64,000 nucleotides of DNA, taken from positions 385,477 through 449,476 of the forward strand of contig JBBCIS010000003.1 of NCBI GenBank assembly GCA_037189845.1, written 5' to 3'. Of the stretch, positions 55,488 through 64,000 are shown piece by piece. The DNA comes from a bacterium. Its GTDB lineage: Bacteria; Bacteroidota; Bacteroidia; Chitinophagales; JADIYW01. Made by a program: the position numbers and the translations under genes. The notes under the pieces were generated by a model, which ran no database searches, was not told the DNA's origin, and saw nothing but the letters and a program-made list of their open reading frames with translations. How positions within the stretch are numbered: the first letter of the stretch is position 1; each line of letters begins with the position of its first letter.

Positions 55488-58334
55488 ATGCAACAATTAC
55501 ACATGTTCAATTTTATTAAAAACCAGCCAAAAAAATCCTGCAAAATCTTTACAGCCATATTGGTTTTGCTAGGTTGGAGCTCCATAGCCTTTGCGCAGAA
55601 CGGCTCTATCACAGGTAACATTTTCGACAAAAATTCTCAGGAACCACTTATCGGAGCTACTGCTGTTATTGAAAACACCACTCAGGGAGCTTCATCAGAT
55701 TTCGATGGAAATTACACGATCTATGAGGTAAAGCCAGGTAAATACAAAGTAAAAGTTTCTTATATCGGTTACGATTCCAGAATTATTGAAGATGTCACTG
55801 TAGAAGCAAATAAAGCAATCACTCTGAACGTCGCACTCAGTGAAACGATCGGAGAGCTTGAAGTCACAGAAGTAGTTGCCTTCAAAAGATCTAATACCGA
55901 ATCTGCTGTATTGATGGAGATCAAAAATACAGACCTGATAGCAAGCGGTATTTCTGCTCAGCAAATCGGAAAATCTCTGGACAGAGATGCAGCGCAGGTC
56001 GTCAGACGTGTTCCCGGCGTCACACTCATGGGCAATTTCATCAATATCCGTGGTCTGAATCCGAGATATAATAATGTATTGCTGCACAATTCGGTAGCAC
56101 CGAGCCTAGAAACCGATATCAAATCTTTCTCTTTTGATATGATTCCAAGTGGCCAGATCGACAGGATCCTTATCATGAAAAGCCCCTCTGCAGAGATCAC
56201 AGGAGATTTTGCCGGTGGTGTGGTAAAAGTTTTCACGAAGTCCATCCCAAATGAAAATTTTTATACCATCCAATATAGCACACAATACAGAACAGGTACT
56301 ACTCTGAAAGATTTCTATCAGGGCGACCAGGGATCTTTATTTCATCTGGGATTCGACAGTAAGCATGCCTTACCTTCCGGATTTCCGACAGATTTGAGAA
56401 AGTCTTCAGCTCAAACCCTTGTCAATGCAGGAAGGTCCATGAGCAACAATTGGGTAGCTAATAAGACTATGGCTATCCCCGATCAGAGGTTTGCTTTCAC
56501 AATGGGTCATAGAATCATTGGCAAAAAAGCGCTTATCGGCGAAATCACGGCTATCAATTACAGCAATACCAGAAGCACTTTCGATGTAAAAAGGTCTGAT
56601 TATAATATCTATAATACTGAACAAAAAACATCTTCTCCGATCTTTGATTTTCAGGATGTACAGTACAACACGAATGTAAGACTAGGTATTATTCACAACT
56701 GGTCTTTCAAATTCAAAAGGGGTTCTACAATTGATTTTAAAAATCTTGCCAACTTTAACTCTTCCAGCCAGTATATTCACAGAGGTGGTCAACACTATGA
56801 ATTTGGATATTTTCCTAATAACCACTCCTTTGATCAGGTATTCAAAGGACTCTATTCTGGTCAGCTGGTTGGTAAACATGAATTATCTGAAGGCGCAGCT
56901 AATCTGGACTGGGTAGCAGGAGCAGGAATTACCTACAGAAACCAGCCGGATTATAAAAGATATCGTTCGGATCTGGATACTGCATCCGGCAAATCTATTC
57001 TTTATGTACCGGTAGGGAATGCTCAACCTTTCTTTTTAGGAAGATTTTACTCAGAAATGAAAGAGTATGTCGGAAGTGTACAGGTCAATTATGCCTATAA
57101 AATCGGCTACAAAAAATCTAAATCTTTCATCCCAACGCTTTATGCAGGGTTGAATGTTGAATATAAAGACAGAAACTTTAAAGCCAGAAACATCGGTTTT
57201 ATCCGCTCTCCTCAGTTTGACATGAACAATCTGGAAAATAGCATTGACGAACTTTTCCAGCCTGAAAATATCAATACAACTACAGGTGTTATTCTCGATG
57301 AGCAAAGTAATCCGAGTGATTCATATTCTGCCAGCAGCCTGTTAGGTGCTGCCTATTCAAAAATTGAGCTACCTATCAATAAATTCAAAGTAGTAGCAGG
57401 TGTAAGATATGAGTATTTTTTACAAAAGCTCAACTCTGCCACATTGACAAATGATCCGGTGAATGTCAACAGACCCAATCACTTCGTTCTGCCGTCAGTG
57501 AATACCAGCTACTCATTCATGGACAATAAAATGGTAGCACGTATCGCTTACGGTATGAGCGTCAATAATCCTGAGTTCAGAGAAATTGCACCATTCGGAT
57601 TTTACGACTTCAATTACAATTATACATTCTCAGGAAATCCGAATCTGGTTTCCAGCAAAATCCACAATGCTGAGATCAAATGGGAATACTATCCAACTAC
57701 ATCGGATGTTATCAACTTTTCAGTATTCTATAAAAGATTTCTCAATCCGATAGAAGTCATCATTGTACAAGGTGCAGGTGGTTCGGGAGGTTCAAAATCC
57801 TTTACTTTCAGCAATGCAGAGCACGCAAATCTATACGGAGCAGAGCTCGAGCTGAAAAAATCTTTCACGAAAGCACCTGTTAAATTTCTACAGAATACAG
57901 GTATCATGTTAAATGCAACTTACTTAGTAAGCAATGTATTCCTGGGAGAAAAAGTAGCAGGTCAATCCAATAACAGACCGCTCCAGGGGCAATCTCCATA
58001 TGTGATTAACTCAGGAATTTTCTATCAGGATCAGGAAAAAAATTATCAGATCAATCTGATGTACAATGTTACCGGCAGGAAAATCATGTTTGTAGGATCT
58101 GATGACTATCCGGATATCTACGAAATGCCGAGACATACTTTAGACCTGAGCGCTTCCTATATGTTCCCTAAAAATGTAGAAATCAGCGCAGGTATCTCTG
58201 ACATTCTCAATGCTGAATTCCTTTGGCTGCAGGACGGAAACGGAGATGGCAAGTTCAGCAGGAAAAATGATCAGATCATTCAGCAGTACAAACCGGGCAG
58301 AGTGATCTCCCTCGGCGTAAAATATAACTTTTAA
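55488..58334 (+). CDS. TonB-dependent outer-membrane receptor with N-terminal carboxypeptidase-regulatory-like domain
   Basis: Signal peptide; GSITGNIFDKNSQEPLIGATAVIENT...DFDGNYTI (CarbopepD_reg); plug and barrel regions; C-terminal ...GVKYNF. Confidence 0.85.
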   Translation: MQQLHMFNFIKNQPKKSCKIFTAILVLLGWSSIAFAQNGSITGNIFDKNSQEPLIGATAVIENTTQGASSDFDGNYTIYEVKPGKYKVKVSYIGYDSRIIEDVTVEANKAITLNVALSETIGELEVTEVVAFKRSNTESAVLMEIKNTDLIASGISAQQIGKSLDRDAAQVVRRVPGVTLMGNFINIRGLNPRYNNVLLHNSVAPSLETDIKSFSFDMIPSGQIDRILIMKSPSAEITGDFAGGVVKVFTKSIPNENFYTIQYSTQYRTGTTLKDFYQGDQGSLFHLGFDSKHALPSGFPTDLRKSSAQTLVNAGRSMSNNWVANKTMAIPDQRFAFTMGHRIIGKKALIGEITAINYSNTRSTFDVKRSDYNIYNTEQKTSSPIFDFQDVQYNTNVRLGIIHNWSFKFKRGSTIDFKNLANFNSSSQYIHRGGQHYEFGYFPNNHSFDQVFKGLYSGQLVGKHELSEGAANLDWVAGAGITYRNQPDYKRYRSDLDTASGKSILYVPVGNAQPFFLGRFYSEMKEYVGSVQVNYAYKIGYKKSKSFIPTLYAGLNVEYKDRNFKARNIGFIRSPQFDMNNLENSIDELFQPENINTTTGVILDEQSNPSDSYSASSLLGAAYSKIELPINKFKVVAGVRYEYFLQKLNSATLTNDPVNVNRPNHFVLPSVNTSYSFMDNKMVARIAYGMSVNNPEFREIAPFGFYDFNYNYTFSGNPNLVSSKIHNAEIKWEYYPTTSDVINFSVFYKRFLNPIEVIIVQGAGGSGGSKSFTFSNAEHANLYGAELELKKSFTKAPVKFLQNTGIMLNATYLVSNVFLGEKVAGQSNNRPLQGQSPYVINSGIFYQDQEKNYQINLMYNVTGRKIMFVGSDDYPDIYEMPRHTLDLSASYMFPKNVEISAGISDILNAEFLWLQDGNGDGKFSRKNDQIIQQYKPGRVISLGVKYNF

Positions 58335-58395
58335 GGACTCAGGACAATTTACTTCACAAATCAAAAATTCATAATTCATAAATCCATATCTAAGC

Positions 58396-59886
58396 ATGAA
58401 AACTATGAGATTTCAAACACCATTTAAAAAAGCTTTCACGAAAGCTACTTTGGGACTATTGATGTCAGCAGCAGTAATTACCGGCTGTAAAAAAGACGAA
58501 GTAATCGACGACGATGACGACACTCCTATTGTCACAGAAAAACCCGTAAAAGAAATATCCGGTACTTTTTCAGGAGAGGTAAAATTCTCAGCAGATACTA
58601 TCTACTTATTGAAAGGATTCGTAAGAATCGGAGAAGATGATGGATCTACTATAAAATCTACCGGAAAATTAACCATCGATCCGGGAACATTGATCATGGG
58701 TGACAGAGAAACGAAAGGCACATTGATCATTCAAAGAGGTAGCCAGATCTTTGCTGAAGGTACTGCAGAAAAACCAATTGTATTTACCTCAGAAAGAGCT
58801 ATCGGATTAAGACAGCCAGGTGACTGGGGCGGCGTAGTGATCTGCGGAAAAGCTAAAAATAACATCCCGGGCGGAACTGCACAACTAGAAGGCGGTTACG
58901 GCGCATTTCACGGAGGAGACAATGACGATGACAACTCCGGTATCTTCAAATATATCAGAATTGAATACGCAGGTATTGCTATCAATCCTAATGAAGAGGT
59001 CAACAGTTTGACAATGGGTTCTGTAGGTCGTGGTACCCAAATCAGTTACGTACAGGCTTCTTACGGGCTGGATGATGCTTTCGAGTGGTTCGGTGGAACT
59101 GTAAATGCATCACATCTTGTTGCATATAGAGGTTTAGATGATGATCTGGACTTAGACCTAGGTTATTCAGGTAATATCCAGTTTGCATTATTGATCCGCG
59201 ACAATCAGCTTTCTGACCAGTCAGGTTCTAACGGTTTTGAAGTAGACAATGATGGTTCAGGAACGAACAATACTCCTTTCACTTCTGCTATCGTTTCTAA
59301 CGTAACAGTTATCGGTCCGAAAGGAAACAGAGAAACTCCTATCGGTCAAAACTTCCAACACGCTTTACACTTGAGAAGAAACAGCAGAATCCAGATCCAC
59401 AACTCTTTCTTCACAGGATATCCTAATGGATTCTATCTGCAAAGCTCAGGAACAACCACCAATACTGTATTAAAAAATAACGTACTTGCTGCTGTAGAAA
59501 ACTGGGGTGGCAATGGTTTCGGTGAAAAAGGTGACCTGTATGTAAACAGCATTGTCGGAACTGATACATCTAAAAATGCACATGGTGGTGCACAACCAAA
59601 AGGTGTTCCTTATAAAACGGATGTTGTTGGATTTGACTTAAAAGAAACTTTCCTTGCAACCAATTCATTCCTAGCTAAATGGCAGGATGCAGGTATTGAC
59701 GCTTCCATCTTTGATGTTGTAAATCCTAAGGTAACACCTAACTCTGGTTCTATCTTGTTGGCAGGTGCTGACTTCGCTGGATTGTCAGGGTTCCAGAATG
59801 TAGCATTCCGTGGTGCATTCGGCTCTGAAAACTGGACTCAGGGATGGGCGGAATTCAACCCTAACGCAAAAGATTATTCAAAATAG
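58396..59886 (+). CDS. lipoprotein of unknown function, likely surface partner of the TonB-dependent receptor
   Basis: Lipobox VITGCKKDE; 61 bp downstream of the receptor with no intervening terminator. Confidence 0.55.
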   Translation: MKTMRFQTPFKKAFTKATLGLLMSAAVITGCKKDEVIDDDDDTPIVTEKPVKEISGTFSGEVKFSADTIYLLKGFVRIGEDDGSTIKSTGKLTIDPGTLIMGDRETKGTLIIQRGSQIFAEGTAEKPIVFTSERAIGLRQPGDWGGVVICGKAKNNIPGGTAQLEGGYGAFHGGDNDDDNSGIFKYIRIEYAGIAINPNEEVNSLTMGSVGRGTQISYVQASYGLDDAFEWFGGTVNASHLVAYRGLDDDLDLDLGYSGNIQFALLIRDNQLSDQSGSNGFEVDNDGSGTNNTPFTSAIVSNVTVIGPKGNRETPIGQNFQHALHLRRNSRIQIHNSFFTGYPNGFYLQSSGTTTNTVLKNNVLAAVENWGGNGFGEKGDLYVNSIVGTDTSKNAHGGAQPKGVPYKTDVVGFDLKETFLATNSFLAKWQDAGIDASIFDVVNPKVTPNSGSILLAGADFAGLSGFQNVAFRGAFGSENWTQGWAEFNPNAKDYSK

Positions 59887-59910
59887 TTGCATACATCTTC
59901 AAAAGGTGTG

Positions 59911-59953
59911 ACCCCGATATGGCTGGCTGGCTGTATCGGGGGTTTGCTTTTTA
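59911..59953 (+). terminator. intrinsic terminator
   Basis: CCCCGATA-N14-TATCGGGG followed by GTTTGCTTTTT. Confidence 0.65.
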
Positions 59954-60152
59954 TAGTTCTCATCGGAATAATAAAAATGGCGTTAACGAGCCACCACATT
60001 ATCATATAATAAAATATAACTTATAGGCACATAAAATAACTTATAAATAAAACTTTCCTAAAAGAAGTTTTTAAGTTCTGAGTATACGCTTCTTTTATTA
60101 CAATGTTCATCTATTTAATTTTTTAAAGTATTTTTAGATAAAATCACTATTC

Positions 60153-61115
60153 ATGAAAAAGTTGTTCAAATTCTTAGTGCTTATCATAGCTATACTTGTT
60201 GCCGGAATCTTCTTTTTAATGAAAGACCCGATTCCTTTGGAAGCTCTGAAAGAAAAATATGTCAATGAAAATTCTAAGTGGATAGATATCGAAGGTCTGA
60301 ATGTACACTACAGAGATGAGGGTCAAGGACAACCTGTTGTACTGGTGCATGGAACCGGAGCCTCTTTACAGACTTTTGATCAATGGACAGATACTTTAAA
60401 GAAATATTACAGAGTCATCCGCATGGATATTCCTGCATTCGGGTTGACAGGACCTAATACTGCCAATGATTATTCTATTGCAGCTTATGTGAAGTTTATA
60501 GAGGATTTTACAAAAAAGCTGGGTGTTACTGATTTTATATTAGGGGGAAATTCTTTGGGAGGAGAAATTGCATGGAAATATGCATACTATCACCCTGAAA
60601 ATGTAAAAGGACTGATACTTCTTAATCCGGCAGGTTCACCGGTACAAAAATATGACATGCCGTTATTTTCAGCATTCAGACTGGCAAGAATACCTGTTAT
60701 CTCAGGTCTCTTTGGAAAACTGGATCCTAAATTTACCGTAGAGAAAACAGTCAAACAAGCCTATGAAAAAGACGAGCTTGTCACTCCTGAGAAAGTAGAG
60801 ATGTATTATGAAATGTCCATGAGAGAAGGAAACAGAGCTGCATTTGTACACAGATTGCAACAAGTAGACAAAGATCCTGTTCTTCAACCTGAGAAGGTAG
60901 AAAATCCAACTCTCATCATGTGGGGAGATAAAGATGCGATCTTATTGATTGAGCAGTTTGATGGTTTCAAAGACATGAAAAAGATGCAATCCATCATTTA
61001 TCCCGGAGTAGGTCATACACCGCAGGATGAAGTAGCTGTAGAAAGTGTCCACGATGCGATGAAATTTATTCAAAACCTTACTACTGTTGCCGACACTGCA
61101 AAAGTTTTGAACTAA
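60153..61115 (+). CDS. alpha/beta-fold hydrolase
   Basis: VLVHGTGAS...GNSLGG (GxSxG)...GHTPQDE catalytic triad layout; N-terminal TM anchor. Confidence 0.8.
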   Translation: MKKLFKFLVLIIAILVAGIFFLMKDPIPLEALKEKYVNENSKWIDIEGLNVHYRDEGQGQPVVLVHGTGASLQTFDQWTDTLKKYYRVIRMDIPAFGLTGPNTANDYSIAAYVKFIEDFTKKLGVTDFILGGNSLGGEIAWKYAYYHPENVKGLILLNPAGSPVQKYDMPLFSAFRLARIPVISGLFGKLDPKFTVEKTVKQAYEKDELVTPEKVEMYYEMSMREGNRAAFVHRLQQVDKDPVLQPEKVENPTLIMWGDKDAILLIEQFDGFKDMKKMQSIIYPGVGHTPQDEVAVESVHDAMKFIQNLTTVADTAKVLN

Positions 61116-61140
61116 GACTGGAATCAGTTGTTATCTGAGA

Positions 61141-61764
61141 ATGAGAATGTTTTTGAGTCTGGTCATCATGAGTCTGGTATCATGTACCAATGCGCAGCAT
61201 TCTACTGAGCAGAAATCTGAAAAAAATAAAATGAATCATACAATCACATTAGGCGGAGGGTGCTTCTGGTGCACAGAAGCTGTCTTTCAGAGACTGGAAG
61301 GTGTGGACACCGTCATCTCAGGATATATGGGAGGACACACCAAAAATCCTACATATAAAGAAGTTTGCACCGGGGAAACAGGTCATGCTGAAGTCATTCA
61401 GATCTCTTACAATCCTGAAAAAATTTCTTTGGGAGAAATCTTTGAAGTATTTTTTGCAACCCACGATCCTACTACACTGAATCGTCAGGGTGCAGATACA
61501 GGAACACAATATCGCTCTGTTATTTTTTATGAGAATGAAGAGCAAAGAGCTTTAGCTGCACAGACCATTGCCGGACTCACTCAGGAAAAGATTTTTGAAG
61601 ACCCGATTGTTACTGAAATCAGCCCGGCAGCAGTATTCTATCCGGCTGAAGATTATCATCAGAACTATTACAATCTTCACGGCACCCAGCCATTCTGTTC
61701 AATGGTCATTTCTCCGAAAGTCCAAAAGCTACACAAATACTTTCAGGATAAGCTGAAAAAGTGA
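61141..61764 (+). CDS. msrA: peptide methionine sulfoxide reductase MsrA (exported form)
   Basis: GGGCFWCTEAVFQ active-site motif; N-terminal signal/lipoprotein-like MRMFLSLVIMSLVSCTNA. Confidence 0.9.
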   Translation: MRMFLSLVIMSLVSCTNAQHSTEQKSEKNKMNHTITLGGGCFWCTEAVFQRLEGVDTVISGYMGGHTKNPTYKEVCTGETGHAEVIQISYNPEKISLGEIFEVFFATHDPTTLNRQGADTGTQYRSVIFYENEEQRALAAQTIAGLTQEKIFEDPIVTEISPAAVFYPAEDYHQNYYNLHGTQPFCSMVISPKVQKLHKYFQDKLKK

Positions 61765-61882
61765 TCTTATACTATTTAATGTCGTTTAGTTAACAAAAAA
61801 GATTGCCTTTAGATTCTTTCAGAATGACATAAATCAATCCTTTTTGTATAGGTAGGTCATGCTGTAAGCATCTCACTTATTA

Positions 61883-61923
61883 TAAAAAATGCCTCTGTTA
61901 TTATTAAACAGAGGCATTTTTAT
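61883..61923. terminator. bidirectional intrinsic terminator between msrA and sucB
   Basis: AATGCCTCTGTT-N7-AACAGAGGCATT 12-bp stem with A-tract upstream and T-tract downstream. Confidence 0.8.
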
Positions 61924-61939
61924 TCTTACTGTTTATTGA

Positions 61940-63184
61940 TTAAATACCGAACAGCATTCGCTCCGGATTTTCTAAATAATCTTTTACTGCGACGAGGAAT
62001 CCTACCGATTCTTTACCATCTACGATTCTATGATCATAAGAAAGTGCCAGGTACATCATAGGACGTGCCACAATCTGACCGTTGATGACCATCGGTCGAT
62101 CCTGAATTTTATGCATTCCCAGAATAGCTGATTGAGGCTGGTTGATAATCGGAGTACTCAATAATGAGCCAAATACGCCGCCATTAGTGATAGTGAATGT
62201 ACCGCCTTCCATATCTTCCATTGTCAGCTGACCATCTCTGCCTAATGTAGCTAATCTTTTTACATCTTTTTCGATATCTACAAAGCTCATAGCTTCAGTA
62301 TTCCTGATCACCGGAACAACCAGACCTTTTGGGGTAGAAACTGCAATAGACACATCACAGAAATCGTGGTAGATAATTGAATCTTCATTGATATAGGCAT
62401 TGATAGCCGGATATTTTTGCAATGCCAACGTACATGCTTTTACGAAAAAAGACATAAATCCGAGATTGATTCCGTGCTCATTTGCAAAATCATCTTTGTA
62501 CTGTTTGCGCAACTCCATGATACGGGTCATATCTACTTCATTGAAAGTAGTAAGCATCGCAGTGTTATTTTTTACCTCCACGAGTCTTCTGGAAATCGTT
62601 TTGCGCAGACGTGTCATTTTCTCTACACGTTCATTTCTGGAGCCCGGCACTACCGGAGCTGCTTTTGCCGGTGCCTCTGCTTTTTTCTCAGGAGCAGGTG
62701 ATGGTTTGGGAGCTGGTTCAGCTGGCTGTGCTTTAGATGCATCGTCTTTAGTGATACGGCCGTCTACTCCTGTACCTTTGACAGATGCCGGTTCTACACC
62801 TTTTTCATCCAGAATTTTCTTCGCCGCAGGTGATGGATGTGCAGTAGCATAAGTTGCTTCTTTAGCCGGCTCTTCTGCTTTCGGAGTTTCCTGAACAGGA
62901 GCTTCTTCTGTTTTCTCCTCTTTTTTCACAGGAGCTTTACCCGCCGCACCTTCTGTTTCTATATAGCAAACTAAATCGCCTATTTTCAAGTCATCACCTT
63001 CTCCTGCTACTCGTGTTACCACCCCTGCAACCTCAGCAGGCAATTCCAATGTAGCTTTATCTGATTCGAATTCACAAAGGGATTCATCCATGGCTACAGT
63101 TGCCCCATCTTCTACCAACCAGGAAGATAAGGTCACCTCTGTTACAGATTCACCTATGGACGGTACTCTGATTTCTACTTTCAT
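61940..63184 (-). CDS. sucB: 2-oxoglutarate dehydrogenase E2 component (dihydrolipoamide succinyltransferase)
   Basis: Lipoyl domain ...[11 protein letters not shown]; P/A-rich linker; catalytic ...SYDHRIVDG; immediately downstream of sucA. Confidence 0.9.
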   Translation of the reverse strand: MKVEIRVPSIGESVTEVTLSSWLVEDGATVAMDESLCEFESDKATLELPAEVAGVVTRVAGEGDDLKIGDLVCYIETEGAAGKAPVKKEEKTEEAPVQETPKAEEPAKEATYATAHPSPAAKKILDEKGVEPASVKGTGVDGRITKDDASKAQPAEPAPKPSPAPEKKAEAPAKAAPVVPGSRNERVEKMTRLRKTISRRLVEVKNNTAMLTTFNEVDMTRIMELRKQYKDDFANEHGINLGFMSFFVKACTLALQKYPAINAYINEDSIIYHDFCDVSIAVSTPKGLVVPVIRNTEAMSFVDIEKDVKRLATLGRDGQLTMEDMEGGTFTITNGGVFGSLLSTPIINQPQSAILGMHKIQDRPMVINGQIVARPMMYLALSYDHRIVDGKESVGFLVAVKDYLENPERMLFGI

Positions 63185-63206
63185 ATATATCGTTTTTCTC
63201 TAAAAA

Positions 63207-64000
63207 TTAACCGTTAAACGTTTTATCGACCACCTCTTTCTGCTCTCTTTCATGAATTCTGGCAAATCCAGTGGCAGGGGATGCACTCGCAGATCTGGAA
63301 ACCAGATTCCAATTGACATCTTCACGGGCATTACGCATATACCACCATGCTCCCATATTGGACGGTTCTTCCTGTGTCCAGTACACTTTTGCTTTAGGAT
63401 ATTTTTTGAGGACAGCATTGAATTGTGTATGTGCCAACGGATACAATTGTTCTACACGAACCAATGCTACATCATCACGTTTATTCTCTCTTTTATATGC
63501 TAAAAGGTCATAGTAAATTTTACCGGTGCAAAAAACTACTCTTTTTACCTTCTCAGGCTTTTCTACCAGCTGATCGTCTATAATCTCTTTGAACTTGCCT
63601 TCGTACAATTCTCTTACATCAGATGTACAGTCAGGATGTCTGAGCAGAGATTTGGGAGACATATTGATCAAAGGTTTACGGAAATCCCAGGCCAGCTGTC
63701 TTCTGATCGCATGAAAAAGATTAGCCGGCGTTGTGATATTTGTTACCACCATGTTCAACTCGGCACAAGCCTGTAAAAATCTTTCTAATCTCGCGCTGGA
63801 ATGCTCAGGCCCTGCACCTTCATAACCGTGAGGCAATAAAAGAACCATACCGGTATTCCTGTTCCATTTTGTTTCACAGGAGGCAATAAACTGATCTAAA
63901 ATAATCTGAGCACCATTGATAAAATCTCCGAACTGCGCTTCCCAAAGAACTAAATGATCGGGATGTGTCAATGAATATCCGAATTCAAAACCCAAAACTC
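63207..64000 (-). CDS. sucA: 2-oxoglutarate dehydrogenase E1 component, C-terminal part (N-terminus beyond window end)
   Basis: ...LLLPHGYEGAGPEHSSARLERFLQ... matches the OGDH E1 C-terminal region; frame open to the window end. Confidence 0.85.
   Translation of the reverse strand, partial: VLGFEFGYSLTHPDHLVLWEAQFGDFINGAQIILDQFIASCETKWNRNTGMVLLLPHGYEGAGPEHSSARLERFLQACAELNMVVTNITTPANLFHAIRRQLAWDFRKPLINMSPKSLLRHPDCTSDVRELYEGKFKEIIDDQLVEKPEKVKRVVFCTGKIYYDLLAYKRENKRDDVALVRVEQLYPLAHTQFNAVLKKYPKAKVYWTQEEPSNMGAWWYMRNAREDVNWNLVSRSASASPATGFARIHEREQKEVVDKTFNG

Overview
The window looks like a Bacteroidota chromosome segment: two proteins carry T9SS C-terminal sorting domains, there are no Shine-Dalgarno-type leaders, and a TonB-dependent receptor and lipoproteins are present. 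Housekeeping genes include etfBA, tilS, aspC, nadE, msrA, sucAB and Nfu. There is an assimilatory nitrite locus (nirB-nirD-small beta-barrel-FNT transporter, divergent cobA, and a Crp/Fnr regulator). Secreted proteins include two FISUMP-domain proteins, a 1263-aa tail-fibre-like protein with a C-terminal S74 intramolecular-chaperone domain, a T9SS esterase and a T9SS LRR protein. Also present are an imelysin/di-haem peroxidase/OMP iron-type cluster, a hybrid histidine kinase with a LuxR-type response regulator, an orphan PD-(D/E)XK nuclease, and a class II Fic protein. The most interesting locus is a co-oriented cluster at 25990-34984: YbjN/DUF2170-like, PspA/IM30, NfeD-like, flotillin, and a 1615-aa protein with a MoxR-type AAA+ core. 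It is flanked by a divergent XRE-HTH regulator gene whose promoter carries a perfect 11-bp inverted repeat, which I propose as a candidate undescribed membrane-remodelling or membrane-surveillance system. Non-coding structure includes a MITE-like repeat family with CACGGCATTCGCATTT terminal inverted repeats (3 clear copies), a recurrent GTTTAAGGTTTAAAG leader motif upstream of several minus-strand genes, an 18-bp perfect inverted repeat between the flotillin and ATPase genes, a ~60-bp repeat in two nir-operon intergenic gaps, and 51-bp tandem repeats inside the tail-fibre-like gene. No CRISPR array, rRNA or convincing tRNA was seen.
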